DNA of 30,589 nt, taken from the NCBI GenBank assembly GCA_902158735.1, contig CABGHG010000001.1:1-30589 (forward strand), given 5' to 3'. How positions within the stretch are numbered: the first letter of the stretch is position 1; every line of letters begins with the position of its first letter. The notes beneath the pieces were generated by a model that was not told the origin of the DNA, made no database searches, and saw only the letters and a program-made list of their open reading frames with translations. The stretch comes from Candidatus Methanolliviera sp. GoM_oil. Its GTDB lineage: Archaea > Halobacteriota > Methanoliparia > Methanoliparales > Methanoliparaceae. Made by a program: the position numbers and the translations under genes. Shown here piece after piece: positions 16,971 through 26,275 of this stretch.

Positions 16971-17483
16971 ATGAGTGAGAACCCCATGAGAAAACCACGG
17001 ATAGAGAAAGTTTTAGTGCATATGGGGGTAGGGGAGAGTGGCGGACAGCTTATAAATGCGGAGAAAGTCCTTGAGGCGATCACCGGGCAAAAAACCACGA
17101 GAACCTTTGCCAAGAGGACAAGACCAATATTTGGAATCAAGAAAGGAGAGCCAATAGGTTGTAAGGTTACCCTCAGAAAACAGATGGCAAAGAACTTTCT
17201 AAAAGACGCCTTGAATGTGGTAGAGAACACTATCTATGAAGATTGCTTTGATGAGACAGGAAATTTTTCTTTTGGGCTAGAAGAGCATCTGCTCTTTCCA
17301 AATATGAAGTATGATCCAAAGATAGGAATATTTGGTATGGACGTCACGGTTGTACTCGAGAGACCCGGAAAGAGGATCGAAAAGAGGAAGATAAATCGTG
17401 GGAAGGTCTCTAAGGTGCATAAAATTAATAAAGAAGAGGCGATAGAATTTACCAGGGAACACTTGGAAGTGAAGGTGGAGTGA
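16971..17483 (+). CDS. rpl5: 50S ribosomal protein uL5
   Basis: NPMRKPRIEKVLVHMGVGESG, FGIKKGEPIGCKVTLR, GIFGMDVTV. Confidence 0.98.
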   Translation: MSENPMRKPRIEKVLVHMGVGESGGQLINAEKVLEAITGQKTTRTFAKRTRPIFGIKKGEPIGCKVTLRKQMAKNFLKDALNVVENTIYEDCFDETGNFSFGLEEHLLFPNMKYDPKIGIFGMDVTVVLERPGKRIEKRKINRGKVSKVHKINKEEAIEFTREHLEVKVE

Positions 17484-17660
17484 ATGGGAAAAAAACAAAC
17501 CTCAAAGCGATCACGTTCAAAGAAGATGTTTGGCAGAGGGGCAAATGAGTGTAGAAGATGCGGAAGGAAACAGGGACTCATCCGGAGATACGACCTCTAT
17601 CTCTGTAGACAGTGTTTCAGAGAGGTTGCCAGCGAGATGGGATTTAAAAAATATAGGTGA
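17484..17660 (+). CDS. rps14: 30S ribosomal protein uS14 (Zn-binding), 58 aa; missed by the ORF track
   Basis: Manual translation: [58 protein letters not shown]; lies between rpl5 and rps8. Confidence 0.96.
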   Translation: MGKKQTSKRSRSKKMFGRGANECRRCGRKQGLIRRYDLYLCRQCFREVASEMGFKKYR

Positions 17661-17665
17661 TTATT

Positions 17666-18055
17666 ATGTTACATGATCCACTTTCAGATGCCCTATCATC
17701 TATAAAAAATGCTGATATGGGTGGAAAATTGGAAGGTATTATAAAACCCTCTTCGAAGATGATAGGAAACGTTCTTAAGGTATTCTATGAGCGTGGTTTC
17801 CTAAAGGAGTTCGAGTTCATCGAAGATGGGCATGGGGGTAAATTTGGGGTGAATCTCCTTGGGAAGATAAATGATTGTGGGGTAATCAAACCGAGACACT
17901 CCGTCAAGAGGGGAGAATTTGAGAAGTGGGAGAAGAGATACCTGCCGGCAAAGAACGTTGGCAGTCTGATACTCTCGACCTCGAGAGGTATAATCTCTCA
18001 CCAAGATGCCGAAGAAGCGAAGATCGGTGGGGTGCTTTTAGCATTCGTATATTAA
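17666..18055 (+). CDS. rps8: 30S ribosomal protein uS8
   Basis: DPLSDALSSIKNA, GKINDCGVIKPR, YLPAKNVGSLILSTSRG; AGGTGA SD before ATG 17666. Confidence 0.97.
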   Translation: MLHDPLSDALSSIKNADMGGKLEGIIKPSSKMIGNVLKVFYERGFLKEFEFIEDGHGGKFGVNLLGKINDCGVIKPRHSVKRGEFEKWEKRYLPAKNVGSLILSTSRGIISHQDAEEAKIGGVLLAFVY

Positions 18056-18065
18056 GGTGCCTTTC

Positions 18066-18584
18066 ATGAGAAGAGAGCTAAATATACCAGGGGATGTTGA
18101 AATTACCATCGATAAGGATGTGATAGAAGTGAAGGGGCCAAAAGGGACGCTAAAAGAGAGATTATTCTATATTGGCGTTGAGATATTTAAAGAGGATAAT
18201 AAAGTAATTGTAAGTACCCAAAAAAGCAAAAAAGAACACAGATCCATCATAGGCACGTTTGCATCCCACATAAACAATATGATAGTCGGGATTACGAGTG
18301 GATTCGAGTACAAACTTAAGGTGGTCTATGCACACTTTCCCATCCAACTTGAACTAAAAGATGATAAACTCGTCATAAATAATTTCCTGGGAGAGAAGAA
18401 ACCGAGGGTGGCCAATATCCTTGGGGATGCAAAGGTGAAGATAGATAAGGATACTATAACGGTTACTGGGACAGCTAAGGAAGAGGTTGGACAGACCGCC
18501 GCTAATATGGAACAAGGCACCAAGATCAGAAGAAGGGATCCAAGGGTCTTTCAAGATGGTATCTACCTCATAAGTAGGGGATAG
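18066..18584 (+). CDS. rpl6: 50S ribosomal protein uL6
   Basis: VKGPKG, VYAHFP, NFLGEK, RDPRVFQDGIY; ATG 18066 preferred over GTG 18057. Confidence 0.97.
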   Translation: MRRELNIPGDVEITIDKDVIEVKGPKGTLKERLFYIGVEIFKEDNKVIVSTQKSKKEHRSIIGTFASHINNMIVGITSGFEYKLKVVYAHFPIQLELKDDKLVINNFLGEKKPRVANILGDAKVKIDKDTITVTGTAKEEVGQTAANMEQGTKIRRRDPRVFQDGIYLISRG

Positions 18585-18586
18585 TC

Positions 18587-18682
18587 ATGTGGGTAAATCG
18601 AAGATTTGCATATGCTCAAGCAAAGCTTGGCATGCCAAAAATCCAAAGGATTTTTGAGCACTCAAAAATCGGAGATTTTTGA
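18587..18682 (+). repeat. 96-bp tetrameric array of triloop hairpins between rpl6 and rpl32e
   Basis: AAATC-GAA-GATTT (18595-18607), CAAGC-AAA-GCTTG (18617-18629), CAAAAATCC-AAA-GGATTTTTG (18636-18656), TCAAAAATC-GGA-GATTTTTGA (18662-18682), plus the palindrome TTGGCATGCCAA (18627-18638). Confidence 0.9.
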
Positions 18683-19069
18683 ATGGGAGAAGAACAGAGA
18701 TTATTGGGAGTTCGCAGCACACAAAAGCATAAAAAGCCAAGATTCTCCAGATATGGCTCTAAATATAAAAAAAGAGTTAAAGAAGCGTGGAGAAGGCCGA
18801 GAGGGAGACAAAATAAACAGAGGCGTGGAAAAGTATCAAAACCGGCGGCTGTTAAGGTAGGATATGGTTCTCCTGCACTTGTTAGGGGGTTACACCCTTC
18901 TGGACGTGAAGACACGCTCGTAAGAAACATTAAAGAGCTGGAAAAAGTCGATCCTGAAAAACAGGTGGCTAGAATCGCGAGAACCGTCGGCAGAAAAAAA
19001 AGATTGGAGATAGAGGAGAGAGCAGAAGAGATTGGGATAAAGATCATTAATATGGTGAAGGAACTATGA
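18683..19069 (+). CDS. rpl32e: 50S ribosomal protein eL32
   Basis: KKPRFSR, WRRPRGRQNKQR, GYGSP, RGLHPSG. Confidence 0.97.
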   Translation: MGEEQRLLGVRSTQKHKKPRFSRYGSKYKKRVKEAWRRPRGRQNKQRRGKVSKPAAVKVGYGSPALVRGLHPSGREDTLVRNIKELEKVDPEKQVARIARTVGRKKRLEIEERAEEIGIKIINMVKEL

Positions 19070-19515
19070 CAGATCTTTCCATGCAGAAAAATCTTGCAGC
19101 AAAAGTGATGAAGATTGGAAAAAATAGGGTTAGACTCGACCCGGAAAAGGGCGAGGATATCGCCGTTGCAATAACGAGAGATGATATAAGAGGGCTGATA
19201 GAGGATGGTGCTATCAAAAAAATTCAAAAGAAAGGGGTGAGCAGAGGAAGAGCAAGAGAAAGAGATGCAAAAAGGGCGTATGGCCACAGAAAAGGTCATG
19301 GAAAGAGAAAAGGCGCCAAAAATGCTCGTTCTTCCAAGAAAGGAAGATGGATGAAGACCGTGAGGGCACAGAGAAGGTATTTGAGAGGGCTAAGAGACGG
19401 AGAGGAGATAGACAGATCAGATTACAGGATGCTTTACAACAAATCTAAGGGCGGAGAATTTAGGAGTATCAGGCTCTTGGATACATACATTAAGATGAAT
19501 GATATTAGAAGGTGA
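19066..19515 (+). CDS. rpl19e: 50S ribosomal protein eL19
   Basis: MTDLSMQKNLAA, AITRDDIRGLI, GHRKGHGKRKG, WMKTVRAQR. Confidence 0.97.
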   Translation: MTDLSMQKNLAAKVMKIGKNRVRLDPEKGEDIAVAITRDDIRGLIEDGAIKKIQKKGVSRGRARERDAKRAYGHRKGHGKRKGAKNARSSKKGRWMKTVRAQRRYLRGLRDGEEIDRSDYRMLYNKSKGGEFRSIRLLDTYIKMNDIRR

Positions 19516-19520
19516 CTTAT

Positions 19521-20036
19521 ATGGCAAAAGGCCCAAGATATAGGGTTCCCTTTAGGAGGAGAAGGGAAAATAAGACCAACTATCCAAAAAGATTGAAGTT
19601 ATTGTCGTCAAAAAGACCGCGGATTGTTGTGAGAAAAACGAATAAAAATATGATCATCCAGCTCGTTGGATTTAGTAATAAAGGAGATATCACCTCGATC
19701 TCGGCCATTACGGGAGAACTAATAAAGTATGGATATGATCTTCCCACAGGCAATATTCCCGCTGCTTACCTAACCGGGCTCCTCTTTGGTTTAAAAGCAA
19801 AAGCGAGATTGGAAGGAATAGATAGATCTATATTAGACACCGGTTTAAATACATCGGTTAAAGGATCGAGGATATATGCCTCACTAAAAGGCATGCTTGA
19901 TGCAGGAATGAGCATTCCGCATGATCCAAAAATTTTGCCTGACGAAAGAACAGTTGAGGGAGAACGGATGGGGGTTCAAGAGAAGATTGGAAAAGTGAAG
20001 GAGACTGTTATATCATCTTTTGGGGAATATCAATGA
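19521..20036 (+). CDS. rpl18: 50S ribosomal protein uL18
   Basis: [37 protein letters not shown]; AGGTGA SD before ATG 19521. Confidence 0.97.
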   Translation: MAKGPRYRVPFRRRRENKTNYPKRLKLLSSKRPRIVVRKTNKNMIIQLVGFSNKGDITSISAITGELIKYGYDLPTGNIPAAYLTGLLFGLKAKARLEGIDRSILDTGLNTSVKGSRIYASLKGMLDAGMSIPHDPKILPDERTVEGERMGVQEKIGKVKETVISSFGEYQ

Positions 20037-20698
20037 AGAGAAGATCGTCGAAGAAGGGGGGAAAGAAGCAAAAAAGATTTAGCCCTGTGCGGAAAGACTG
20101 GATTCCCAGGACAAGGCTTGGTCATCTTGTGCATGAAAAAGAGATACGTGATATAGATGAGGCATTAACGATTGATTATCCATTAAAAGAGGTGGAGATA
20201 GTCGATCTTCTGCTTCCAGATCTGGAAGATGAGGTTCTCGATATAAATATGGTTCAGAGGATGACGGATTCTGGTAGAAGAGTAAAATTTACTGCCACGA
20301 TCGTCGTTGGGAATAAGAGAGGATATGTGGGCGTCGGTGTCGGAAAGGATGCCGAGGTTGGGAATGCAATACGAAAAGGTGCCAATGCGGCAAAACTCAA
20401 TATAGTTAAAGTTATGCGGGGGTGCGGTTCATGGGAGTGCATGTGCGGAACCCCACACAGCGTTCCGTACAAAATTAAGGGTAAGTCTGGTAGTGTTAAA
20501 ATAACGCTGATTCCTGCACCAAAAGGTCTCGGTTTAGCTTCTGGGGAAAAAGCGAAGAAGGTTTTGGAGTTGGCCGGAATAAAGGATGTCTGGACAAGAA
20601 CGGAAGGTAGCACGAGAACAAGCATGAATTTTGCCAAGGCGACGTATAACGCCCTTAAAAACTTATCAACGGTCAAAGGTGTAAATCTGGAAGGGTAA
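20033..20698 (+). CDS. rps5: 30S ribosomal protein uS5
   Basis: [38 protein letters not shown]. Confidence 0.98.
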   Translation: MKRRSSKKGGKKQKRFSPVRKDWIPRTRLGHLVHEKEIRDIDEALTIDYPLKEVEIVDLLLPDLEDEVLDINMVQRMTDSGRRVKFTATIVVGNKRGYVGVGVGKDAEVGNAIRKGANAAKLNIVKVMRGCGSWECMCGTPHSVPYKIKGKSGSVKITLIPAPKGLGLASGEKAKKVLELAGIKDVWTRTEGSTRTSMNFAKATYNALKNLSTVKGVNLEG

Positions 20699-20701
20699 AA
20701 A

Positions 20702-21163
20702 ATGTACGCAGTAGTGAGACTTCGTGGGAGTGTAAACGTCAGAAGAGGAATAAAGGATACGTTGAAGATGATGAGGCTTCATAAAGTGAACCATTGTATC
20801 TTTTTAGGCGAGAATAAATATTCTAATGGAATGCTCCAAAAAGTTAAGGATTATGTGGCATGGGGTGAGATAGACAGAGACACCTTTAAATTGATCTTGG
20901 AGGAGAGGGGAAGAATGATAGGGGGAAAGAGGTTAAAGGAACACTCCTTCAAAGAAGACTCAGATTTTCACTCTTTGGACGAATTTGCAGATGCTCTCTT
21001 CACCGGTAAAATGAATCTAAAGGATGTTTCATATTTAAAACCGGTCTTTAGATTACATCCTCCCAGGAAAGGGCACAATGGCATAAAAAAGAGTTTTAAG
21101 GAGGGGGGAGAGCTGGGTTACCACGGTGATCAAATAAATAAACTTCTTACTCAGATGAGGTGA
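20702..21163 (+). CDS. rpl30: 50S ribosomal protein uL30 (archaeal long form)
   Basis: MYAVVRLRG, GMLQKVKDYVAWGE, FRLHPPRKG, GELGYHG. Confidence 0.97.
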   Translation: MYAVVRLRGSVNVRRGIKDTLKMMRLHKVNHCIFLGENKYSNGMLQKVKDYVAWGEIDRDTFKLILEERGRMIGGKRLKEHSFKEDSDFHSLDEFADALFTGKMNLKDVSYLKPVFRLHPPRKGHNGIKKSFKEGGELGYHGDQINKLLTQMR

Positions 21164-21171
21164 TCTAATCA

Positions 21172-21624
21172 ATGGTAAAAGATAAGACGAGTAAGTATAG
21201 AGGGTCCAGGACTTGCGGTGGAGGAAATGCCAAGAAACGCAGAGGGGGCGGGAGCAAAGGAGGAAGGGGGAATGCAGGGCCATTCAAACATCATTTTGTT
21301 AGAACTATACTTAGGGGGGTTAGAAGAGGGAAATATGGTTTTAAGAGGCCCCCGGCAGTTATAGAAGAGAAAAATACCATCAATGTTGGAAAATTGGATG
21401 AGATAGCCCAAAATCTCGTCTTTAGGGGGCTGGCCACAGAAGAAGGCAGCTTTATAAACGTGGATATGGAGAATCTTGGGATAGATAAAGTCCTCGGTTC
21501 TGGAAGCATTAGAAAGAATAGAAAGTTACGTATCACATCCAAGGCGTTCTCGGTGAAAGCCGTAGAAAAGATTGAGGAAAGCGGAGGAGAGGTCATCTTT
21601 GCCGAGGCAAATATGCCAGAATAG
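21172..21624 (+). CDS. rpl15: 50S ribosomal protein uL15
   Basis: RGSRTCGGG, RRGGGSKGGRGNAG, GKYGF, KVLGSG, AVEKIEESGG. Confidence 0.97.
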   Translation: MVKDKTSKYRGSRTCGGGNAKKRRGGGSKGGRGNAGPFKHHFVRTILRGVRRGKYGFKRPPAVIEEKNTINVGKLDEIAQNLVFRGLATEEGSFINVDMENLGIDKVLGSGSIRKNRKLRITSKAFSVKAVEKIEESGGEVIFAEANMPE

Positions 21625-21629
21625 AGACA

Positions 21630-23111
21630 ATGTCTGACACACAGCTAAAATACATCTTTGAGCCTCTTCTAAGAAAAATTCCGGCTGTGGAACGGCCATT
21701 TGGTCATGTTCACTTCAAGGTTAAGCTGGGGTGGACGCTTGGGATACTCGTCCTCTACTTTGCGCTGATGGAAGTGCCACTCTTTGGGCTACAGCCAGAG
21801 TTAAGAGATTTCTTCGGAGATTTTAGGGCTATAATGGGTGGAGCTCAAGGGTCCATCATACAACTCGGCATAGGGCCGATCGTGATGGCATCCATAATCT
21901 TACAGCTTTTGGTCGGGGCAAAAGTTATAGATCTCAACTTGGGTGACCCAAGAGACCAGGCTATTTACCAGGGAATGCAAAAGATTCTCGTCCTCGTCAT
22001 GATCGTGGCAGAGAGCCTTCCACTAATATTGGGAGGAGCCATAAGACCAGATCTGCTTCTCGCATCTAACCTTGGAATTTCCCCTAATTTCCTGCTCTTC
22101 ATAATATTCATACAGATGGCGATAGGTGGCATCCTGATAATGCTCATGGATGAGGTCGTATCCAAGTGGGGAATAGGTTCCGGTGTAGGTTTATTCATAC
22201 TTGCAGGCGTCTCTCAATCTCTCGTAGTCGGAATGTTCAATCCGATAAATAGAGCGGGTGTTATATGGAGATGGGGCGAGATGGCAAAGGTTGGTACTTC
22301 CGCAATCCTTTCGAGAGAGATGCTCCTCGGACAAGGACAAATTTTAGCCTTGATAAGCACGATAATCGTATTTTTGGTGGTGATATACGCGGAGGGTATG
22401 AGGGTGGAGATTCCGCTCTCTCATCACGCGGTCAGGGGTGCGAGAGGCAGGTATCCCATAAAGCTCATCTATGCAAGCGTTCTCCCTATGATCCTCGTTA
22501 GGTCATTACAGGCCGTCGTACGGGTCTTTGGAACGCTCTTATGGAACTCTAAAATTCCTCTCATCGGGCATAACTCCTGGATAGGTGCTTATGCGGAGAA
22601 CAACGTCCCTATCTCTGGATTGATGTACTATCTAAACCCACTCAGCGGTCCCAATGATTGGATACCGTCCCGTGTAGTTCATGAATTCCAGCTGATGGGC
22701 GAGATTCCTCCACAGACATGGCAGATCATTCTGCACCTCTTTACGGATGCCACCGTTCTGATCGTTGGAGGAATCATATTCGCGATATTTTGGGTTGAGG
22801 TGAGCAATATGAATGCAGAAGCCGTGGCAAATCAGATCCATAGCTCTGGACTGCAAATACCGGGTTTCAGGAGGAGTCCAACGATGCTCAAAAAGAGATT
22901 AGAAAATTATATACCACAGATTACCGTTTTAGGAGGAGCAACGATAGGTGCACTTACCCTATTTGCGAGCTTATTTGGCCTAATTGGGGGGGTGACCGGA
23001 ACTGGAATGCTCCTTGCCGTAGGCATAGCATATAAGCTGTATGAAGATATGGCATCTCAACAGATGATGGAGATGTATCCCATGATGAGGAGATTTTTGG
23101 GGACGGAGTGA
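21630..23111 (+). CDS. secY: Protein translocase subunit SecY/Sec61alpha
   Basis: KVKLGWT, LGIGPIVMASIILQLL, DEVVSKWGIGSGVGLFI, YPIKLIYASVLP, GLQIPGFR; about 10 hydrophobic segments. Confidence 0.98.
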   Translation: MSDTQLKYIFEPLLRKIPAVERPFGHVHFKVKLGWTLGILVLYFALMEVPLFGLQPELRDFFGDFRAIMGGAQGSIIQLGIGPIVMASIILQLLVGAKVIDLNLGDPRDQAIYQGMQKILVLVMIVAESLPLILGGAIRPDLLLASNLGISPNFLLFIIFIQMAIGGILIMLMDEVVSKWGIGSGVGLFILAGVSQSLVVGMFNPINRAGVIWRWGEMAKVGTSAILSREMLLGQGQILALISTIIVFLVVIYAEGMRVEIPLSHHAVRGARGRYPIKLIYASVLPMILVRSLQAVVRVFGTLLWNSKIPLIGHNSWIGAYAENNVPISGLMYYLNPLSGPNDWIPSRVVHEFQLMGEIPPQTWQIILHLFTDATVLIVGGIIFAIFWVEVSNMNAEAVANQIHSSGLQIPGFRRSPTMLKKRLENYIPQITVLGGATIGALTLFASLFGLIGGVTGTGMLLAVGIAYKLYEDMASQQMMEMYPMMRRFLGTE

Positions 23112-23116
23112 GTTTT

Positions 23117-23770
23117 ATGGATATAAAGGATGTAGCGGGAAAGATCGCTCTTGTGGTCGGTTTCGGGTTGATGTTCGGCATAATGATCGGGGGTCAGGGA
23201 TTTAGAGATTCCGTAGGACTCTCTGTAAACTTCATCTTTCACCCATTGGCCGATATTCTAACCGCGAGCAATCTACACATCTTGATCCTGATCCTTTCTG
23301 CCCTGACAGGTCTTTATACCGCATTGATCCAGAAGTATACGATAGACTGGGATCTCATGAAGAGATTCCAGACGAAGATGAAGAAGTTCCAGGTGGAATA
23401 CAAAAAGGCTCAACTATCCGGGGATAAGGAAAGATTGATGAAGTTGAGTGAAGAGAGCAAAAAAACGATGGGGGAGAGCGTAGAGATGCAGAAGCAACAG
23501 CTTAAGCCTATGGGGTACATATCCATACTGACCATTCCGCTCTTCATGTGGCTCTACGTATATTTGAGTGAGGTGTACGGCGTCTATGGATGGGGTGCGG
23601 TGAGTAATTCTATCGCCGGTCCAAGCTTTATCTTCCCCTTCTTCGGTAGTAAACTACTCGTCGATACGGTATTTTGGGGCTTTCAGTGGTGGTTACTTTG
23701 GTATTTCGTCTGTTCCCTCTTCTTCGGGCAGATATTCATGAAGGCATTAAATACGGGTATGAGCATTTGA
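23117..23770 (+). CDS. DUF106 / EMC3-TMCO1 (Oxa1 superfamily) membrane protein
   Basis: TM helix, then coiled coil (DWDLMKRFQ...), then KPMGYISILTIPLFMW and C-terminal WLLWYFVCS; usual position after secY; GGAGTGA SD before ATG 23117. Confidence 0.88.
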   Translation: MDIKDVAGKIALVVGFGLMFGIMIGGQGFRDSVGLSVNFIFHPLADILTASNLHILILILSALTGLYTALIQKYTIDWDLMKRFQTKMKKFQVEYKKAQLSGDKERLMKLSEESKKTMGESVEMQKQQLKPMGYISILTIPLFMWLYVYLSEVYGVYGWGAVSNSIAGPSFIFPFFGSKLLVDTVFWGFQWWLLWYFVCSLFFGQIFMKALNTGMSI

Positions 23771-23796
23771 GAACTATCCAACGGTGAGGTGAAAAG

Positions 23797-24174
23797 ATGG
23801 CAAACGATCTTCTCGGTTATTTTAGAAAGGTAGGATTAGCAGCGCTTTATGATCTGGTCGTACCGGCAATTTTAGAAAAAATTGAGAGAGTAACTCCTCA
23901 AGATATCCGCGATTCTATAGACGAGTGGAAAGACCCGTGGGAGTATATTCCTGCCGAGATGAAAGAGATCCTATTTGAGATGGTCAAGAGATATAAACAG
24001 CTTATCAAGAAGTATATTAACACGATAACGCCGGAGATGATGATGGATCTGTTATTAAAAGCGAGAAGAGATTTGGCCGGAGCTATTATAGATCACAGAG
24101 ACGGGGATAGGTGGTGGGAATGGTGGATAGGGCTGGCGAAAGAGAGGATATTGAAGGAGATATCAAAATCATGA
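23797..24174 (+). CDS. Hypothetical all-alpha-like protein, 125 aa
   Basis: Strong GAGGTGA SD, coding-like composition, ATGA overlap with the next gene; family not recognised. Confidence 0.8.
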   Translation: MANDLLGYFRKVGLAALYDLVVPAILEKIERVTPQDIRDSIDEWKDPWEYIPAEMKEILFEMVKRYKQLIKKYINTITPEMMMDLLLKARRDLAGAIIDHRDGDRWWEWWIGLAKERILKEISKS

Positions 24175-26039
24175 AGGATTTAAGCCCATTGTTCGACCCA
24201 AGATCGATTGCGGTGATCGGGGCAACAAACGACTTTAACAAATGGGGTTTTATCACTTTTTTAAGCACCATAAGTGGATTTAGGGGAAAGGTCTATCCTG
24301 TGAATTGGAATGAAGAGAAAGTACTGGGTTACCCGGCATTTAAAAAGGTGACCGATATACCGGATCCGATTGATCTGGCAATATTCGTTATCCCTGCTCC
24401 TGCTGTTTCTAATGTTATGGAAGATTGTGTCGAAAAGGGCGTCAAATCTGCCGTCATCATCTCCGCCGGATTTGCAGAGATCGGAGAAGAGGGGAAGAGA
24501 TTAGAAGATGAACTCATCAGGGTGGCAAAGAAGGGAAAAATTCGCTTCGTCGGTCCAAATTGTATGGGATTCTGGAGTGCTTCTTCAAATTTGTCGGCAC
24601 TCATGTATCCCACTCCTTTCAGAGACGGTCCATTTGCTCTTGTGACACAGGGGGGAAATCTGGGTGTTGCAATAGCAATGGACGCCTATAAGCGAGGAAT
24701 AGGGTTTCACAGGTACGTGAGTTGCGGACGCGCCGTTGGTATACAGATCGAAGATTATATCGAGTACTTTGGGAAAGACCCCGAGGTAAAGGTGATCCTA
24801 ACTTATATAGAGGGTTTAGATGATGGGAGAAGATTCATCGATAAGGTCAGAGGGGTGACGAGAGAGAAACCGGTCGTCGTGCTTAAACCTGGGAAGAGCG
24901 AAGTTACGGAGAGGGCGATAATGTCTCATTCCGGGGCCCTCTCTGGCTCGTATCAGATTTATGGAGAGGCATTCAAAAAGGCTGGAGCGATCAGGGTAGA
25001 TAGCGCCGAGGAGCTTTTGGATGTAGGTATTGGATTACTATCCCAGCCGCTTCCAACGGGGAGAAATGTTGCCGTCATCACCCCTGGGGGAAGCTACGGT
25101 GTTATGTGTGCCGATTGTTGTGCCCCTCTTGGCCTAAATGTGATCAAACTACCAAAAAATATTATCAATGAATTTGATAAAATGTTTCCTCCTCGATGGA
25201 GCCGCGGTAACCCCATAGATCCGGCGGGAGATCGAGATTTTGTCCCCTATCTGAAGGCGGTTGAGCGAGTGATGGAACTAAAAGAAGTGGATTCATTGAT
25301 CTTTATGGGTTTTGGCAATCTTTCCAGCTTTTTTGAGATGGATTCGCCGCTATTCAGAGATATGATAAAATTTATGCCGGAGATCGTTCCGAATCTACTC
25401 TCCACGTTTGATCTTAGAAAGATCGATATTCAACAATTCTTACCTTTGCTCAATTCTCCATTCTTAAGCTCTTTTTTAGCCTTTTCGTATAAGGGGGTAA
25501 ATGGAGATACAGACGAAAAAGAACTCTCCGAAAAAGTTACCTCATCGATCAATTCTGCCTTTGAGGGGGGTGGAAATATAAGAACCTTTAAAGGATTGAT
25601 CGATTCCGTGATAGAAAAGATCGACCTCGTCGGATTGATATTACCTCTTTTACCTATAATTGCCCCTATCATATCTGCCGGAGAAGAGATAGGCGAAAAA
25701 GAGTTTGTTCCGTTGATTGCCCCAATAATAGAATCCAGCAGATCAGATATAACATCTATAACGAAGAATATGATCTTGGGGATTCCATCTTTCCTTAACC
25801 CTGAAGGGATGGATATGAGCAAAATTTTGGAGGTATTTGATTCCATCATGGGAATGATCGTCCTCTACTGGATCGAGGCATATAAAAAACCAATAATTGC
25901 AACCACCTTCTCCGGGGCGACAACTCCTCTAATAAATTTGAGCAGGGGACCCTACTTTGCATATCCTTCTCCCGAGCGGGCGGCAAAAGTTCTGACAAAA
26001 TTGTTCGAATATAAGGAATATCTGGATTCTTCAAGATAG
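24171..26039 (+). CDS. ADP-forming acyl-CoA synthetase alpha subunit (CoA-binding and ligase domains, no ATP-grasp), 622 aa with a large insertion
   Basis: LFDPRSIAVIGA, GPNCMG, TQGGNLG, YIEG, LKPGKS, phospho-His motif SHSGALSG (His codon 24927-24929), GNPID. GAAGGAGA SD favours ATG 24171 over 24111. Confidence 0.9.
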   Translation: MKDLSPLFDPRSIAVIGATNDFNKWGFITFLSTISGFRGKVYPVNWNEEKVLGYPAFKKVTDIPDPIDLAIFVIPAPAVSNVMEDCVEKGVKSAVIISAGFAEIGEEGKRLEDELIRVAKKGKIRFVGPNCMGFWSASSNLSALMYPTPFRDGPFALVTQGGNLGVAIAMDAYKRGIGFHRYVSCGRAVGIQIEDYIEYFGKDPEVKVILTYIEGLDDGRRFIDKVRGVTREKPVVVLKPGKSEVTERAIMSHSGALSGSYQIYGEAFKKAGAIRVDSAEELLDVGIGLLSQPLPTGRNVAVITPGGSYGVMCADCCAPLGLNVIKLPKNIINEFDKMFPPRWSRGNPIDPAGDRDFVPYLKAVERVMELKEVDSLIFMGFGNLSSFFEMDSPLFRDMIKFMPEIVPNLLSTFDLRKIDIQQFLPLLNSPFLSSFLAFSYKGVNGDTDEKELSEKVTSSINSAFEGGGNIRTFKGLIDSVIEKIDLVGLILPLLPIIAPIISAGEEIGEKEFVPLIAPIIESSRSDITSITKNMILGIPSFLNPEGMDMSKILEVFDSIMGMIVLYWIEAYKKPIIATTFSGATTPLINLSRGPYFAYPSPERAAKVLTKLFEYKEYLDSSR

Positions 26040-26060
26040 TATTGTAGATTAGGCACTATC

Positions 26061-26112
26061 GATTTTTCTAGTGATTTTCAACTTTTTCACATTTTTCAAT
26101 AGCCATTTTTTG
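26061..26112 (+). terminator. Putative oligo-T terminator region after the acyl-CoA synthetase gene
   Basis: Several T4-T6 tracts in an AT-rich stretch directly after the stop codon. Confidence 0.4.
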
Positions 26113-26275
26113 CATGTTAGAAGATTTTAAAACATATTTTACACAATTTTTTTATATTTCTCATCATTATGTTTCAGATGGTGAAAAACCAGAAAACAGT
26201 TCATTTTTATCATAAAAAAAGGGATAGCTATCGCTATTAGATTACTCTTTGATAAACCCAAAAATAGACAAAAAG

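Noticed and set aside
18606-18860. 84-aa ORF overlapping rpl32e
   Set aside because: It starts inside the hairpin array and overlaps eL32 out of frame; no recognisable protein.
24111-24170. N-terminal extension of the acyl-CoA synthetase given by the ORF track
   Set aside because: It overlaps the upstream gene; the SD and ATGA coupling support ATG 24171.
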